A stretch of 64,000 nucleotides of DNA from a virus (IMGVR_UViG_3300020465_000014:1450-65449), one strand, 5' to 3'; shown: positions 49,149-58,774, counted from the first letter of the stretch. Numbers and translations: made by a program. The notes: generated by a model not told the origin, from the sequence alone.

Positions 49149-49515
49149 AAAAAAAATTGTAGTTTGGTGATATTGTGATTTCTCATGCAGTTGTTATAGT
49201 CATTACATACGTGCGAGATGAACGGTTCGACAAGACATTACAGAAATATATCAGTTCAAAAATTACTGATAGTAACACAATATCAGCAGAAAATAATGAG
49301 AATATACCTGGAGATAAGGAGAATATATCTCAGTATTCTATTCCTGTTAAGCTACAATCAAAAAACAAATTAGATCAGCACTTGCTGATGAGAAATAATC
49401 ATCTTGAACAGCTAATCAATTCAAACAAACAAAAAAACAATCATCAGACAATCAGCACCGATGGACTGAAACGATGTGCCGATCAAATGATAATCTAAGC
49501 CAGGAGGAATAAGCA

Positions 49516-49899
49516 ATGAAATCTAAATCAAACAATTTAGCATCGAAAGAACTCGACAGAATAACAAGAGGAATGAAACATTATCGAGGAATCATAATCG
49601 GTGCTTGGGGAATGGCTGGATTATACACTTGTCTGGTATGGGGAATATTCGATGTATCATCTAAGATTGGTGAGAAAGTAGGAGAGCCTGAAGCATTCCC
49701 TCTTGCTTGGGACTTGGCAATCATACTTTCTAATGTGCTTGTAATCATGGTAGCCTGGGCGATAACAAAACTGACGCTACAAATGATACCCAGGAAATTC
49801 AGGAAAAAGGAACAGCAGAAAAAAAGTGTATGGGATAAACAACCAGGGCCTCCAGCAACAATACCTGAGAATGTGCGAGTTGCCTTCAAAAGTGAGTAG
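49516..49899 (+). CDS. 2-TM membrane protein
   Basis: GGAGG SD; two hydrophobic segments. Confidence 0.7.
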   Translation: MKSKSNNLASKELDRITRGMKHYRGIIIGAWGMAGLYTCLVWGIFDVSSKIGEKVGEPEAFPLAWDLAIILSNVLVIMVAWAITKLTLQMIPRKFRKKEQQKKSVWDKQPGPPATIPENVRVAFKSE

Positions 49900-49901
49900 C
49901 T
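49890..49901 (+). promoter_or_regulatory. Degenerate upstream box AAGTGAGTAGCT (9/12), ending 51 bp before ATG 49952
   Basis: Same spacing as other copies; TTAATTAG TATA-like element downstream. Confidence 0.45.
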
Positions 49902-49951
49902 TTGTTTCATCCTTACATCATCGTTAATTAGATCCTCGCTTTGTTAGGCTC

Positions 49952-51028
49952 ATGGTGGAAAAACCGAAGAAGTTGCTAACCACTTCTAATCCAAAAACAA
50001 TGAAGGGTCAGAAGAAGGGATATGAGACATACATTTTACATCTCGCACCTTCCAATCTTTCAGGCACAAACACTTGTCCTTCTGCATCGAAAGGTTGCGC
50101 TACCGCTTGCCTAAATGAAGCGGGAATGGGTTGTTTTGATTCAGTTCAAAATGCCAGGATTACCAGGACAAAATATTTCTTCGAGAAAAGAGATGCCTTT
50201 ATGGAAATGCTGGACAAGGAAATCAAATCAGCAATTGCTACTGCAGAAAGGAAAGGTCTTACCCCTGCCTTCAGATTAAATGGCACATCAGATATTCGTT
50301 GGGAAGAAGTCAGATATGGAGACGATAACAAAACTGTATTCGAGTATTTCCCACAGATCCAATTTTATGATTATACCAAAATACCCAATCGAGGGAGGAA
50401 AAAAGGATTACCTGATAATTACACAATTGTATTTTCACGTTCAGAAGATAATGATAGATTCGTGAACCAGGCAATGAGGAAAGGGCAAAACGTAGCAGTT
50501 GTCTTCGGAGACCCGCCAGGATTGCCTGATGTCTGGAGAGGATGGAGGGTCTTAGACGGAGATGAAACAGATTTGAGATTCCTTGACCCGCCTCAAAGAG
50601 TAGTAGGTCTGAAAGCAAAAGGAACTAAGGGCAAAAACGACACAACAGGTTTCGTAGTTTACGGAGAAGGAATGATTGATATTGATGCCCTGAAAAGAAG
50701 GTCGAAAAAAGATTTCAAAAGTGCAAGAGGAGATCGTAGCATCGGGCCTCGAAAAATCGACAATGAATCTTTCATACCAGTTCAAAGCAAGGTATCGAAG
50801 CAAATGGCAGAGAGAACCGCCAATATTATTCGAGGCACAGGGAGAAAAGCAAGAGTAGTTACCCACAAGCCTAAGATTGGTGGAAAAACAGTCGAAGCCT
50901 ATGCTGTTTATGTTCCTGGAGTTTACAAAAGGAATACAAGCGGTGCAATCAACGGTCTTCGAATTAGAGCGCCTAATCGAGTCGATTATCTCAGGCAACG
51001 TAGATCGCTTACAAAATCTCATCAGTAA
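49952..51028 (+). CDS. GP88 family protein with C-terminal basic tag
   Basis: TCPSASKGCATACL, RLNGTSD, QFYDYTK, DGDETDLRFLD, GLKAKG; RKIDNESF...AERTANIIRGTGRKARVV...YAVYVP. Confidence 0.85.
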   Translation: MVEKPKKLLTTSNPKTMKGQKKGYETYILHLAPSNLSGTNTCPSASKGCATACLNEAGMGCFDSVQNARITRTKYFFEKRDAFMEMLDKEIKSAIATAERKGLTPAFRLNGTSDIRWEEVRYGDDNKTVFEYFPQIQFYDYTKIPNRGRKKGLPDNYTIVFSRSEDNDRFVNQAMRKGQNVAVVFGDPPGLPDVWRGWRVLDGDETDLRFLDPPQRVVGLKAKGTKGKNDTTGFVVYGEGMIDIDALKRRSKKDFKSARGDRSIGPRKIDNESFIPVQSKVSKQMAERTANIIRGTGRKARVVTHKPKIGGKTVEAYAVYVPGVYKRNTSGAINGLRIRAPNRVDYLRQRRSLTKSHQ

Positions 51029-51452
51029 TTTGTATTGAATCAATTACAATCGCAGAATCAGGCGGTTGCATTCCCAGGTAAGTAATTTCCTCGATTTCCT
51101 CATCTCTTAGATGGCTTCTTGGAACGAGTAAAAACAACATTTGGTCGAACTCATCCGTCCATACCTGGATTCTTGAAAAGTCCTGGATATTATTCTGCAG
51201 TAGTTCCGTTGCATGACTAATCAAATATTCTTGTCGACCTCTTGGCAGATTTGAGAAAAAACCATTCAAAGGTCGCTTCTCAAAACCGTTAGCGTAAGAA
51301 GTGCCAGGAACGAACTCAATTGATACTTCAAAGAGCATATCGTCTAAGACAAGCTCTGAATTGAAAATTATTCCATTTTCTCCAGACATCAATGATTCAA
51401 TTGAATCATCGAACTCCGCCAAATCATCTTCGGTATTATTCATGTAAACCAC
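51009..51452 (-). CDS. Acidic hypothetical protein
   Basis: ORF track; converges on the GP88 gene. Confidence 0.65.
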   Translation of the reverse strand: MVYMNNTEDDLAEFDDSIESLMSGENGIIFNSELVLDDMLFEVSIEFVPGTSYANGFEKRPLNGFFSNLPRGRQEYLISHATELLQNNIQDFSRIQVWTDEFDQMLFLLVPRSHLRDEEIEEITYLGMQPPDSAIVIDSIQITDEIL

Positions 51453-51711
51453 CTTCTAATCCCGATGATACTTCATCATTTTGCCAATCTTTGTCTAACG
51501 TGGACTGATTTGTATTCTTGATTGGATCTTCAGGCAACATCAGAATTATTTTTTCGAGGAATACTGCAGAGTCGATAATTTGCTTCTGGAGATTCTTTAT
51601 CCATTCTTTCAAAGACAAATCTCCACGTTCAACAGAAAAACCGTATCTCCTCTCTCCGTATTCAGCCCTCTCCTGGATTTTTTCACAAACCCTATCTTCA
51701 ATCATGCTCAT
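51436..51711 (-). CDS. Small phage all-alpha (MazG-like) family protein, possibly degenerate
   Basis: IEDRVCEKIQERAEYGERRYG...DLSLKEW...LQKQIIDSAVFLEK. Confidence 0.55.
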   Translation of the reverse strand: MSMIEDRVCEKIQERAEYGERRYGFSVERGDLSLKEWIKNLQKQIIDSAVFLEKIILMLPEDPIKNTNQSTLDKDWQNDEVSSGLEGGLHE

Positions 51712-52051
51712 GCGATTCCTCCCTATCAAAAATGACTCCTCCATCTATGGCAATTTGTAGCTGTCTGAAAGACCAATTTGAGAGTCGAGTCCTAACGAAT
51801 GGTGCGGCATAATTTACTCTATCCCGAATGAAATTAGCGGCAACTTCTGCTTCTTTACCACATGAAATAATTTCATCAATCATTTCCATAGCAATATGAA
51901 AAGCCTCTGCTCGAAGCGTAGTCAAAAACCATCTATCAAGAGATTCCTGGCAAATCAAAGAATCCAAACGATTCAATTTTTCAGCAATCATCTTATCGAC
52001 TCCTTTGTGGTCGATTTCTCTTTTCCCATCAACGATCTCAATTATTGGCAT
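51698..52051 (-). CDS. Hypothetical protein
   Basis: ORF track; SD present. Confidence 0.65.
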   Translation of the reverse strand: MPIIEIVDGKREIDHKGVDKMIAEKLNRLDSLICQESLDRWFLTTLRAEAFHIAMEMIDEIISCGKEAEVAANFIRDRVNYAAPFVRTRLSNWSFRQLQIAIDGGVIFDREESHEHD

Positions 52052-52746
52052 GATTCATCCTCCTCCTCCTCCTTGACTGGAGTATAGAGCATATCGATTT
52101 CTTCTTTGTCGTCTTCTTCAATCCCCCATTCAGTCCAATATATTACGTCATTTTTGTAATCCACGTCCAGGTCTTCTTTTGTGTAGCCGTCAACGAATAG
52201 GCATTCTTCAGAGCAAGCATATCCAGCACCCTCTCCCCAAACCCAACCTTCGGCCATTCCGCAACCGCAATTAGTGCATTGTCTCGGCCACTTCAAAGGA
52301 TATTTTTTTCTGTTCCAATCTTGTAAGTTCGACATATCGATTTTATCTTTGACTTTAGCGAATTGGGTTAGTTCTTCAAGTGATTGATTATGTTTTGAAG
52401 CGTCAGGTTCAAGCGATTTTTGAAAGGTAAATTTGTCTGCAGAATCCTTAATCGATGCAGACAAAGAACGAGAAGCAATACCAGATTCAACAAGATCTAA
52501 TCTTACGCCAGGCAATACTTCACGTTCCCAACGAACTTCAAAATCATGCCAATGAGCAAAACCTCTCTCCCACGTCTCTTCAGGATTTTTGTTATCGTAA
52601 TCCAATCCATTTTTGCATTCTCCATTCTGGAAATCTATCCAACTTGTTTTCGCTTCTTCTTCAGTTAGGAATAATTCGACTTGAGGAATCAATTGATAAC
52701 TCGAAATGATGCAGTAAATCTCAATCAATGAAGCCACCTTCCCCAT
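52042..52746 (-). CDS. Hypothetical protein with C-terminal Zn finger
   Basis: CTNCG...CSEEC; start uncertain. Confidence 0.65.
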   Translation of the reverse strand: MGKVASLIEIYCIISSYQLIPQVELFLTEEEAKTSWIDFQNGECKNGLDYDNKNPEETWERGFAHWHDFEVRWEREVLPGVRLDLVESGIASRSLSASIKDSADKFTFQKSLEPDASKHNQSLEELTQFAKVKDKIDMSNLQDWNRKKYPLKWPRQCTNCGCGMAEGWVWGEGAGYACSEECLFVDGYTKEDLDVDYKNDVIYWTEWGIEEDDKEEIDMLYTPVKEEEEDESCQ

Positions 52747-53090
52747 GCAGATTTAGCCACCCCTGCGGCACGTAGAATCCTCTCTCTTGTGTAAATCAAA
52801 TCGTTATCATTACCTGGAGAGAAATGAACTATTGCAGTAATCAATTCAACATCGAAATGTTCTGCGATCTCTGAGGGCAACTCAAACCTATGGATGGTTT
52901 TCAACAATTCTTCAATTGCTAAGTTCACCTGGACTCGCAATTTTATGTGGTCTTCTTCATTCCAATTAGGAACATCAGGGCATTCGCATAATCCGTTTTC
53001 TGGAACAGACGTAAACAATTTGTGCGTATGCTCAATTTGGCCTCCGCATTTTTCACAAGTGGGCGCATCTTCAGGTTTAATCGAATCCAT
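52725..53090 (-). CDS. Hypothetical protein with N-terminal Zn ribbon
   Basis: CEKC...CEC. Confidence 0.65.
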   Translation of the reverse strand: MDSIKPEDAPTCEKCGGQIEHTHKLFTSVPENGLCECPDVPNWNEEDHIKLRVQVNLAIEELLKTIHRFELPSEIAEHFDVELITAIVHFSPGNDNDLIYTRERILRAAGVAKSAWGRWLH

Positions 53091-53092
53091 TT

Positions 53093-53518
53093 TTACTCAT
53101 CCTTAATTTGAAAATATCTTACGCCAATGTTTGCGAACACATAGAAATCTCCATTCAACTCAATGATATTTCCATCTTGCTCTCCATCTTGAATGAATCT
53201 AACAAAATCTCGAACTCCTTTAGCAATTTTGGAAGTATTGCATTCACAAGTCAATATACAACCGCATGGCAACTGGCACTTTTCCAAACCGAAGCCAATA
53301 GGCAATCTGCCAAATCTTTCAACTTGTAGCTCTTTCACTTCGTCAAGGAACATTTGCATATTCAATTGGATCGGTTCAGACCAATGCAATTCTAATTCTT
53401 CTGCAGTAATCTCCCATTCCTGACCCCATGCAAGTAATCTCGACATCGAAGGATGCCTGGCACTCCCTCTCGCCTTTGCTATTCGAAGAGAACATTTCAT
53501 GCTATCATCTCCAGCCAT
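53093..53518 (-). CDS. Hypothetical protein
   Basis: ORF track; operon context. Confidence 0.6.
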   Translation of the reverse strand: MAGDDSMKCSLRIAKARGSARHPSMSRLLAWGQEWEITAEELELHWSEPIQLNMQMFLDEVKELQVERFGRLPIGFGLEKCQLPCGCILTCECNTSKIAKGVRDFVRFIQDGEQDGNIIELNGDFYVFANIGVRYFQIKDE

Positions 53519-53802
53519 CCAGATATTGAATTAGGAATGGTGGGCGATGCAGGTTTTGGGGGATGGGATTTGGCGCTACCTGCACCGCCCTTGAGGGTCT
53601 TCTTCTTCTTCTTCTTGCCCTTTGTATTCAACATTCCATCTTTGCATACAACACAAACAACGCTGGCAATATCTGAACCTGATAATACGGAATTGGGTTT
53701 TGGTTTACCACATATTCTGCACCTGGTATTTTTTGGTGCATTTGGAAATAACTGTAATCTCCTTTGTAGGATTCTTTTTCGAGCCTCCTCTGGAATTTCC
53801 AT
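53497..53802 (-). CDS. Basic Zn-finger protein
   Basis: CRIC...CVVC; poly-Lys stretch. Confidence 0.65.
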   Translation of the reverse strand: MEIPEEARKRILQRRLQLFPNAPKNTRCRICGKPKPNSVLSGSDIASVVCVVCKDGMLNTKGKKKKKKTLKGGAGSAKSHPPKPASPTIPNSISGWLEMIA

Positions 53803-53929
53803 CAGATCGCCTCCTCAAAAATCCAAAAACCAAATGAAATCATAAATGCAATAAAACCCATCAAAGGTATAGCCTGGACAAAATCATCGATGAACTTGAA
53901 AACCTTGTTATCCCATTCGTCCTGACTCA

Positions 53930-54202
53930 TTATTTCGACCTCCTTAATGTCGAACACATCTTCGAGATTGGTTGGGCGCTGTTGGTGCAAGAGCAATTCT
54001 CAGGGCATGGGCCATGAACCCACTCTTCAGCAACGGGCTGACTCGCAGACATTTTCCATAATTTCCTTGCGTGGAATATTAGTCCGCAAGTTTGGCAAGC
54101 CCTCCAAATAAAGCCAGGCTTAATTGGCATTTCAACTCCACAACATCTCAACGTCTGAGGAGAGCCACCAGTAAACACTCCCTCATCACTCATCTTGAAC
54201 AC
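53930..54202 (-). CDS. Cys-rich small protein
   Basis: CCG, CQTC and HGPCPENCSC. Confidence 0.5.
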   Translation of the reverse strand: MFKMSDEGVFTGGSPQTLRCCGVEMPIKPGFIWRACQTCGLIFHARKLWKMSASQPVAEEWVHGPCPENCSCTNSAQPISKMCSTLRRSK

Positions 54203-54431
54203 CTAATTTTTTCATTCGTTGCTCAAGCAACCTGTTCAATTGAACACTTACTCTCTCAACCGCAGTATTGAATCTTCTATGCGATACAGGATCTATTGGC
54301 TTACCTGCAGAATCAAGTCCAGCATTGTATTTTTCAGCCAAAGAAGATAAATCGCCCATAGAGCTACCGTTGCCATGAATAAGATAACGTAGGATTTGAT
54401 ATTCAACCTCAGTCGCATTTTTTGGTTTCAT
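54186..54431 (-). CDS. Hypothetical protein
   Basis: ATGA-coupled ORF. Confidence 0.6.
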   Translation of the reverse strand: MKPKNATEVEYQILRYLIHGNGSSMGDLSSLAEKYNAGLDSAGKPIDPVSHRRFNTAVERVSVQLNRLLEQRMKKLGVQDE

Positions 54432-54670
54432 AGCGGTGGCCTCCTCTCGACAACAGCTACATTCATCACAGCCCGAAAAGGAAGAGAACCCCAGGGCGAA
54501 TTATCAATCAAATCCTGATTGCCACCTTCTAACGTCTCATAGTAGTAATAGAACGTCCTCATTTGGGATAATGGAATCTGATAACGCATATCCCAATCTA
54601 AATCAGAGATGATTTTGAATCTCCATAATTCATCTGCAGGTTTGTTTATTCCAGTATCTCTTGCTTTCAT
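54428..54670 (-). CDS. Hypothetical protein
   Basis: ATGA-coupled ORF. Confidence 0.55.
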   Translation of the reverse strand: MKARDTGINKPADELWRFKIISDLDWDMRYQIPLSQMRTFYYYYETLEGGNQDLIDNSPWGSLPFRAVMNVAVVERRPPL

Positions 54671-54906
54671 GCTGAATCCTCCTGATGTGGCGCATAAGCG
54701 TCAGGATGAAGTTGTATTGGAGGCAAACCCTGGTCGATACGTTGAATCTGATTCCATCTGTCGAAGCATGGCTTGCAGATAGGTTCACGATCTCCTTCAG
54801 GATGATACTTGCCATCTTTGATTCTTATTGATGGGACTTTGTGAGGATTGTAGGAAATCATGTTTCCACATACACAACAATTACTCCAGACCAAAATAAA
54901 ATCCAT
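54667..54906 (-). CDS. Small Zn-finger protein
   Basis: CCVC...CKPC. Confidence 0.65.
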   Translation of the reverse strand: MDFILVWSNCCVCGNMISYNPHKVPSIRIKDGKYHPEGDREPICKPCFDRWNQIQRIDQGLPPIQLHPDAYAPHQEDSA

Positions 54907-55377
54907 TTAAGCAACCTCCTCCATTCTTTCGAGATCTAATTCGAGAACACCTATGTTCATGTGCAATGCTGTTTGAACACAAGCAACGCATACATCGACA
55001 CATCGAAGTTCAGTAGCGACTGGATTAACACCGCAGAAAGTGCATTTTTTTTCTGATAGAGCTATTGATTCGAGTTGACTTGTTAGAACTCTGGTTTTAT
55101 CTTCGAAGAAGTAGCCCTGGTCTTCTGCAGGTTTAGAAGCCTCTTTGAATCCAGGCTGATATTCTGCATCCCAACACCGATGATGCCACCAATCGCCACC
55201 TTCGATGTCGTTTGCACGACCTGTAATCTTGCCATAGCCGTCATAAGTTCCGATTGTAATATTGCCGTCTGCTTCAAGGCAAACAGCCTTGCTTTGCCAC
55301 TTCAGGTAATTCTCTAATCCGAAGTGTGCTTTGATTGATTCTCCGCAACCTCTGCAGTTGAATGAAAATAACCCCAT
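54907..55377 (-). CDS. Phage-type Zn-binding hypothetical protein
   Basis: MGLFSFNCRGC...GTYDGYG...HxxCW...DQG. Confidence 0.7.
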   Translation of the reverse strand: MGLFSFNCRGCGESIKAHFGLENYLKWQSKAVCLEADGNITIGTYDGYGKITGRANDIEGGDWWHHRCWDAEYQPGFKEASKPAEDQGYFFEDKTRVLTSQLESIALSEKKCTFCGVNPVATELRCVDVCVACVQTALHMNIGVLELDLERMEEVA

Positions 55378-55694
55378 TAGTTCACCAACCTTGAATCACA
55401 AATAACAACATTTCCAACCGCATAATCTTGAAATCCGTTTGCTCGAAGAATAATAGTTCCAGCCATGTTAGGTTGTAAATTACGTAGTTTGCCTTCTTCA
55501 TTAACAAGCATAATTAGATCCTTTGCGTCAATGTTGATTTCACCATAGGCCATATTTAGTCGAGGAATAGTCACTATTTCGACATATCCTCCTACAAGGG
55601 ATTGCATTTCCTCCAGGGTGAAAGGTTCATCTCTTTCGATTGAAACCACTTCTCTCTGCTCTGCATCATCAATTGGAAACAAATATGCCAGCAT
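55377..55694 (-). CDS. DUF3846-like protein
   Basis: TLEEMQSLVGGYVEIV...VNEEGKLRNLQPN...GNVVI. Confidence 0.75.
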   Translation of the reverse strand: MLAYLFPIDDAEQREVVSIERDEPFTLEEMQSLVGGYVEIVTIPRLNMAYGEINIDAKDLIMLVNEEGKLRNLQPNMAGTIILRANGFQDYAVGNVVICDSRLVN

Positions 55695-55696
55695 CT

Positions 55697-56230
55697 TCAG
55701 ACCCCCAACATTGCCATAACCTTCACAAGAATGACCCTTTTTTGTTGCTGATTCATTCCGAGCATAAGTGAACGGATTTCTTGAACAGTCATGTCTGCAA
55801 TTTTGTTTGCATTTTCTCTATCGATCTTATTCATTGCCGCCTTGTCGGATTTTGCGCCTCTTGCTGAAATATCTTCGAGATTCCACTTGTTTAATGATAG
55901 GCGAGAGCCTGTAAACATCAAATGCTCTCCACGTTCTTTTGCTTCTTCGATTTCGTTAGTTTGACGTGCAAGTATCATTTCTGCGCCTTCTTCAACGCCT
56001 TCTTCGGTGATACTGCCAACATATTTCAGATTGAACGGAAGATAAGCTGTTTTGAAAGAACCATCTTCGTCTCTTTCAACATTGACTTCATATTGAGTCC
56101 CAACAGCGCCACCCTTTGTTTTAGCAGATGCTTTGAACACCAACGCTTCGAACTTTTCATCATACCAAACAACGCTTTTTCCTTCCTGGCGCTGACCTGC
56201 ATAAGTCCACAATTCAACACCTTCACTCAT
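55697..56230 (-). CDS. Hypothetical protein
   Basis: ORF track. Confidence 0.7.
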   Translation of the reverse strand: MSEGVELWTYAGQRQEGKSVVWYDEKFEALVFKASAKTKGGAVGTQYEVNVERDEDGSFKTAYLPFNLKYVGSITEEGVEEGAEMILARQTNEIEEAKERGEHLMFTGSRLSLNKWNLEDISARGAKSDKAAMNKIDRENANKIADMTVQEIRSLMLGMNQQQKRVILVKVMAMLGV

Positions 56231-56781
56231 TCTTGCTCGCCTCCGTCTTCAGGTGCTTTGCCAAAACGAATTACATCGAATCCGCCATTTTGGTTTGCAT
56301 CAGGATAAGGATAACCATTGATTCCTTCAGGACTCCACATTACAACGTAAAGGTAGTCCTTTGGGGGATAATACAATTTTGCATTTTGGTTATTTTCACC
56401 AAGATACAAGCGATCTATTTTGCTACCTCGACCCAACTGAGGATGACCGCCATAATCTGCGGCGATTGTAATGCAACTTGCCCTCCAGCCTTCTTCTTCG
56501 CTGGAATCTTGAACTTCACCTTCAATAAAAGATTCAGTCGACATGATAGTGACCTTGCCACCATTTCCAAAAACTCCATCGTATTCATCAGACAAAATCA
56601 TTACATTATCATAAGATCTAACAACCATCCCTGGCTTTAGGTCTTCACCCTTTACCAAAAGAGGCAAAATGTCCTCCTCTTTCACACCAGGTCGAGTTTT
56701 CCACTCAACCAGAGCATTACGTTCAAACTTCTTTTCTCCATCGTTCCAAAAAGGAACACCACCATTCGCTATTTGCGCCAT
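56227..56781 (-). CDS. Hypothetical protein, first gene of the leftward small-gene operon
   Basis: AAAGGTTATAGG BRE/TATA-like element upstream. Confidence 0.7.
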   Translation of the reverse strand: MAQIANGGVPFWNDGEKKFERNALVEWKTRPGVKEEDILPLLVKGEDLKPGMVVRSYDNVMILSDEYDGVFGNGGKVTIMSTESFIEGEVQDSSEEEGWRASCITIAADYGGHPQLGRGSKIDRLYLGENNQNAKLYYPPKDYLYVVMWSPEGINGYPYPDANQNGGFDVIRFGKAPEDGGEQE

Positions 56782-56963
56782 ATTTGCATCGGTAGCGTCT
56801 CCCGCCTATAACCTTTGGTATTGTTTAGCTTTCTTTACGCAAAATCTCCAATTTGCCTTGCGTCATGCGAAAAGAGCAAAATTATCTGACGTTAAAGAAT
56901 CAATTATCAAATCGGCAGGTAGCAAACGAAGCGTTTATGGTCTCGGTTCGTTTGGGTTGCACT
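56782..56963. promoter_or_regulatory. Divergent archaeal promoter region
   Basis: GTTATAGG (- strand) and TTTATGG (+ strand), each ~25-30 bp from an ATG; no AAGTGTGCATCT box seen. Confidence 0.55.
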
Positions 56964-57749
56964 ATGACCGAGAACCGAAGTGCGAGCATGATGTGCGGTG
57001 CAAAAGATGCAACTTATGACCTGGTGGCAAGATACCAGCCACCAAAAGCAACAACAACTTATGCGCCTGTAAGCCATACAGATTTGATAGATCTAATCCG
57101 AGACCAAAGCGAAATAAAATTGCCTGATTACAATTTTAGAGATGAGAACTTTGGTTTGACTCCTTTGAATGGAGAGAACTCAGGTGCGAAATTGTTTGGT
57201 GTAATGACCTGGGAAAACGAAACAAGTCCAGAAATGGGTCTTTCAATTGGATTTAGAAACTCATACGACCAATCTCTCGCAGTAGGTTTGGTCGCTGGAT
57301 CTAAAGTGTTTGTATGTTCTAACCTAATGTTCAATGGAGACATCATGGTTACTCGAAAACATACAGGTGACGTTCTCGGTGATATTGAGGAAATGATTAG
57401 CTCGACACTCGAACTTGCACCTATGAAGCACCGAGACATTATTGCCGACTCAACCTTGATGAAAGAGCATGATATGTCTTCAGACCAGGCATTCTCAATC
57501 TTTGGCATGGCATACGGCAGAGGGATTCTTCGACCAAGACAACTACTACGTGCAAAAAATGCGTGGGAAAAACCTCCACAAGAGGAGTTCGAAGATAGAA
57601 ACCTATGGTCTGTTTACAATGCAATTACAGAGGCTTTGAAATCCTCCTCTCCAAGAGACGTGATGGAAAACCACACCAGAAGCCACCATTTGATGATGAA
57701 CGAAGGAATCCAAATTGCAGAAGGATTGAATCCTCGGCAGGTGGCATGA
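56964..57749 (+). CDS. DUF932 family protein
   Basis: TYAPVSH, GFRNSYD, VFVCSNLMF, RKHT and LWSVYNAITE motifs; start placed at ATG 56964 from promoter spacing. Confidence 0.8.
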   Translation: MTENRSASMMCGAKDATYDLVARYQPPKATTTYAPVSHTDLIDLIRDQSEIKLPDYNFRDENFGLTPLNGENSGAKLFGVMTWENETSPEMGLSIGFRNSYDQSLAVGLVAGSKVFVCSNLMFNGDIMVTRKHTGDVLGDIEEMISSTLELAPMKHRDIIADSTLMKEHDMSSDQAFSIFGMAYGRGILRPRQLLRAKNAWEKPPQEEFEDRNLWSVYNAITEALKSSSPRDVMENHTRSHHLMMNEGIQIAEGLNPRQVA

Positions 57750-57893
57750 ATGGATAGATTCGCATTGCCAAAAGAAGGCCGAATCAGAAAGCGAGATGAT
57801 GAAATGTGCTGTGGCTTCCTTTGGGGTCAATTCATGGATGCCAACATCGATGAATTAGTCAACTTCTGTCCTTCATGTGGTGAAGCAGTATGA
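57750..57893 (+). CDS. Small Zn-ribbon protein, 47 aa (absent from ORF track)
   Basis: MDRFALPKEG...CCG...FCPSCGEAV; stop overlaps next ATG. Confidence 0.6.
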   Translation: MDRFALPKEGRIRKRDDEMCCGFLWGQFMDANIDELVNFCPSCGEAV

Positions 57894-58291
57894 GTATAGA
57901 TCGCAGATACAAAGTCGATAGAGACATGATTGCCAGTATGAGGGAAATGCGCCTCCTGGGTAATTCATATCAAAAGATTGCTGACGAGCATGGAGTATCT
58001 TACTACACCGCCTATTATTGGATAAATGATGAAGCGAGGGCGGCAAAACGTGCAAAGAATGCAAAGAGAAGATACTCTCCAGGCGACAAAGCAAGAGTTC
58101 AACGAGACATGGCAAAGCGCAGAGAAAATTGGAATGCAAATCCAGATTCTAAATTGAGACATACAATTCAATCCGCTAAAGGAGAAAAAAGAGCCAAGAG
58201 AAAAACGGTGAAAGGAATGAGTATGGCAGATGCAGAAAAATTGCTACGCTCAGGCAAACTCGATATTCCAAATAACAAGATGGGTGAGTAA
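57890..58291 (+). CDS. Helix-turn-helix protein
   Basis: GNSYQKIADEHGVSYYTAYYW. Confidence 0.75.
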   Translation: MSIDRRYKVDRDMIASMREMRLLGNSYQKIADEHGVSYYTAYYWINDEARAAKRAKNAKRRYSPGDKARVQRDMAKRRENWNANPDSKLRHTIQSAKGEKRAKRKTVKGMSMADAEKLLRSGKLDIPNNKMGE

Positions 58292-58774
58292 ATGACTTCA
58301 GGAGAATATACAAAATTGGTTAATGGCCTGGGTGCAATAATTGACGAGGCAGAGAGAGGCTTCCTTTCGATTGACGATCTAAGAGAATTACATTCAGACA
58401 TGGAAGATTTGTCTTGTGTAATAGTCACCACACCTGCTCGAAACAAAGTAGTTAACGAATTGATACATTTAGCAAAGGCAATTGCTGAAGGTGCAGAAGA
58501 TCCAACCATTTTAGACAACATCGAAAAAATAGGTTTGGAAATCACATCGATAGATGAAGGAGGCATATACGTTGATTCAACAGATGGGCCAGTATTCGTC
58601 CCACACTTTGAAGGCAAGGGAAGATGCACTACTTCAGGCTGTCTTGAACCAGCCATGCCGACTCCATTTACTGATGAAGACGGCAATAACATTCCTCATC
58701 CGTCAGGTTTGTGCATGGATTGCTACCAATCGCATAAACAAGACCTAAGAGATGGCAAGGAGTTGATAGAATGA
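58292..58774 (+). CDS. Hypothetical protein with C-terminal Zn finger
   Basis: CTTSGC...CMDC. Confidence 0.7.
   Translation: MTSGEYTKLVNGLGAIIDEAERGFLSIDDLRELHSDMEDLSCVIVTTPARNKVVNELIHLAKAIAEGAEDPTILDNIEKIGLEITSIDEGGIYVDSTDGPVFVPHFEGKGRCTTSGCLEPAMPTPFTDEDGNNIPHPSGLCMDCYQSHKQDLRDGKELIE

Noticed and set aside
49175-49498. 107-aa ORF as a real gene
   Set aside because: GTG start, low-complexity N/K/Q/S composition driven by A-rich DNA, no motifs
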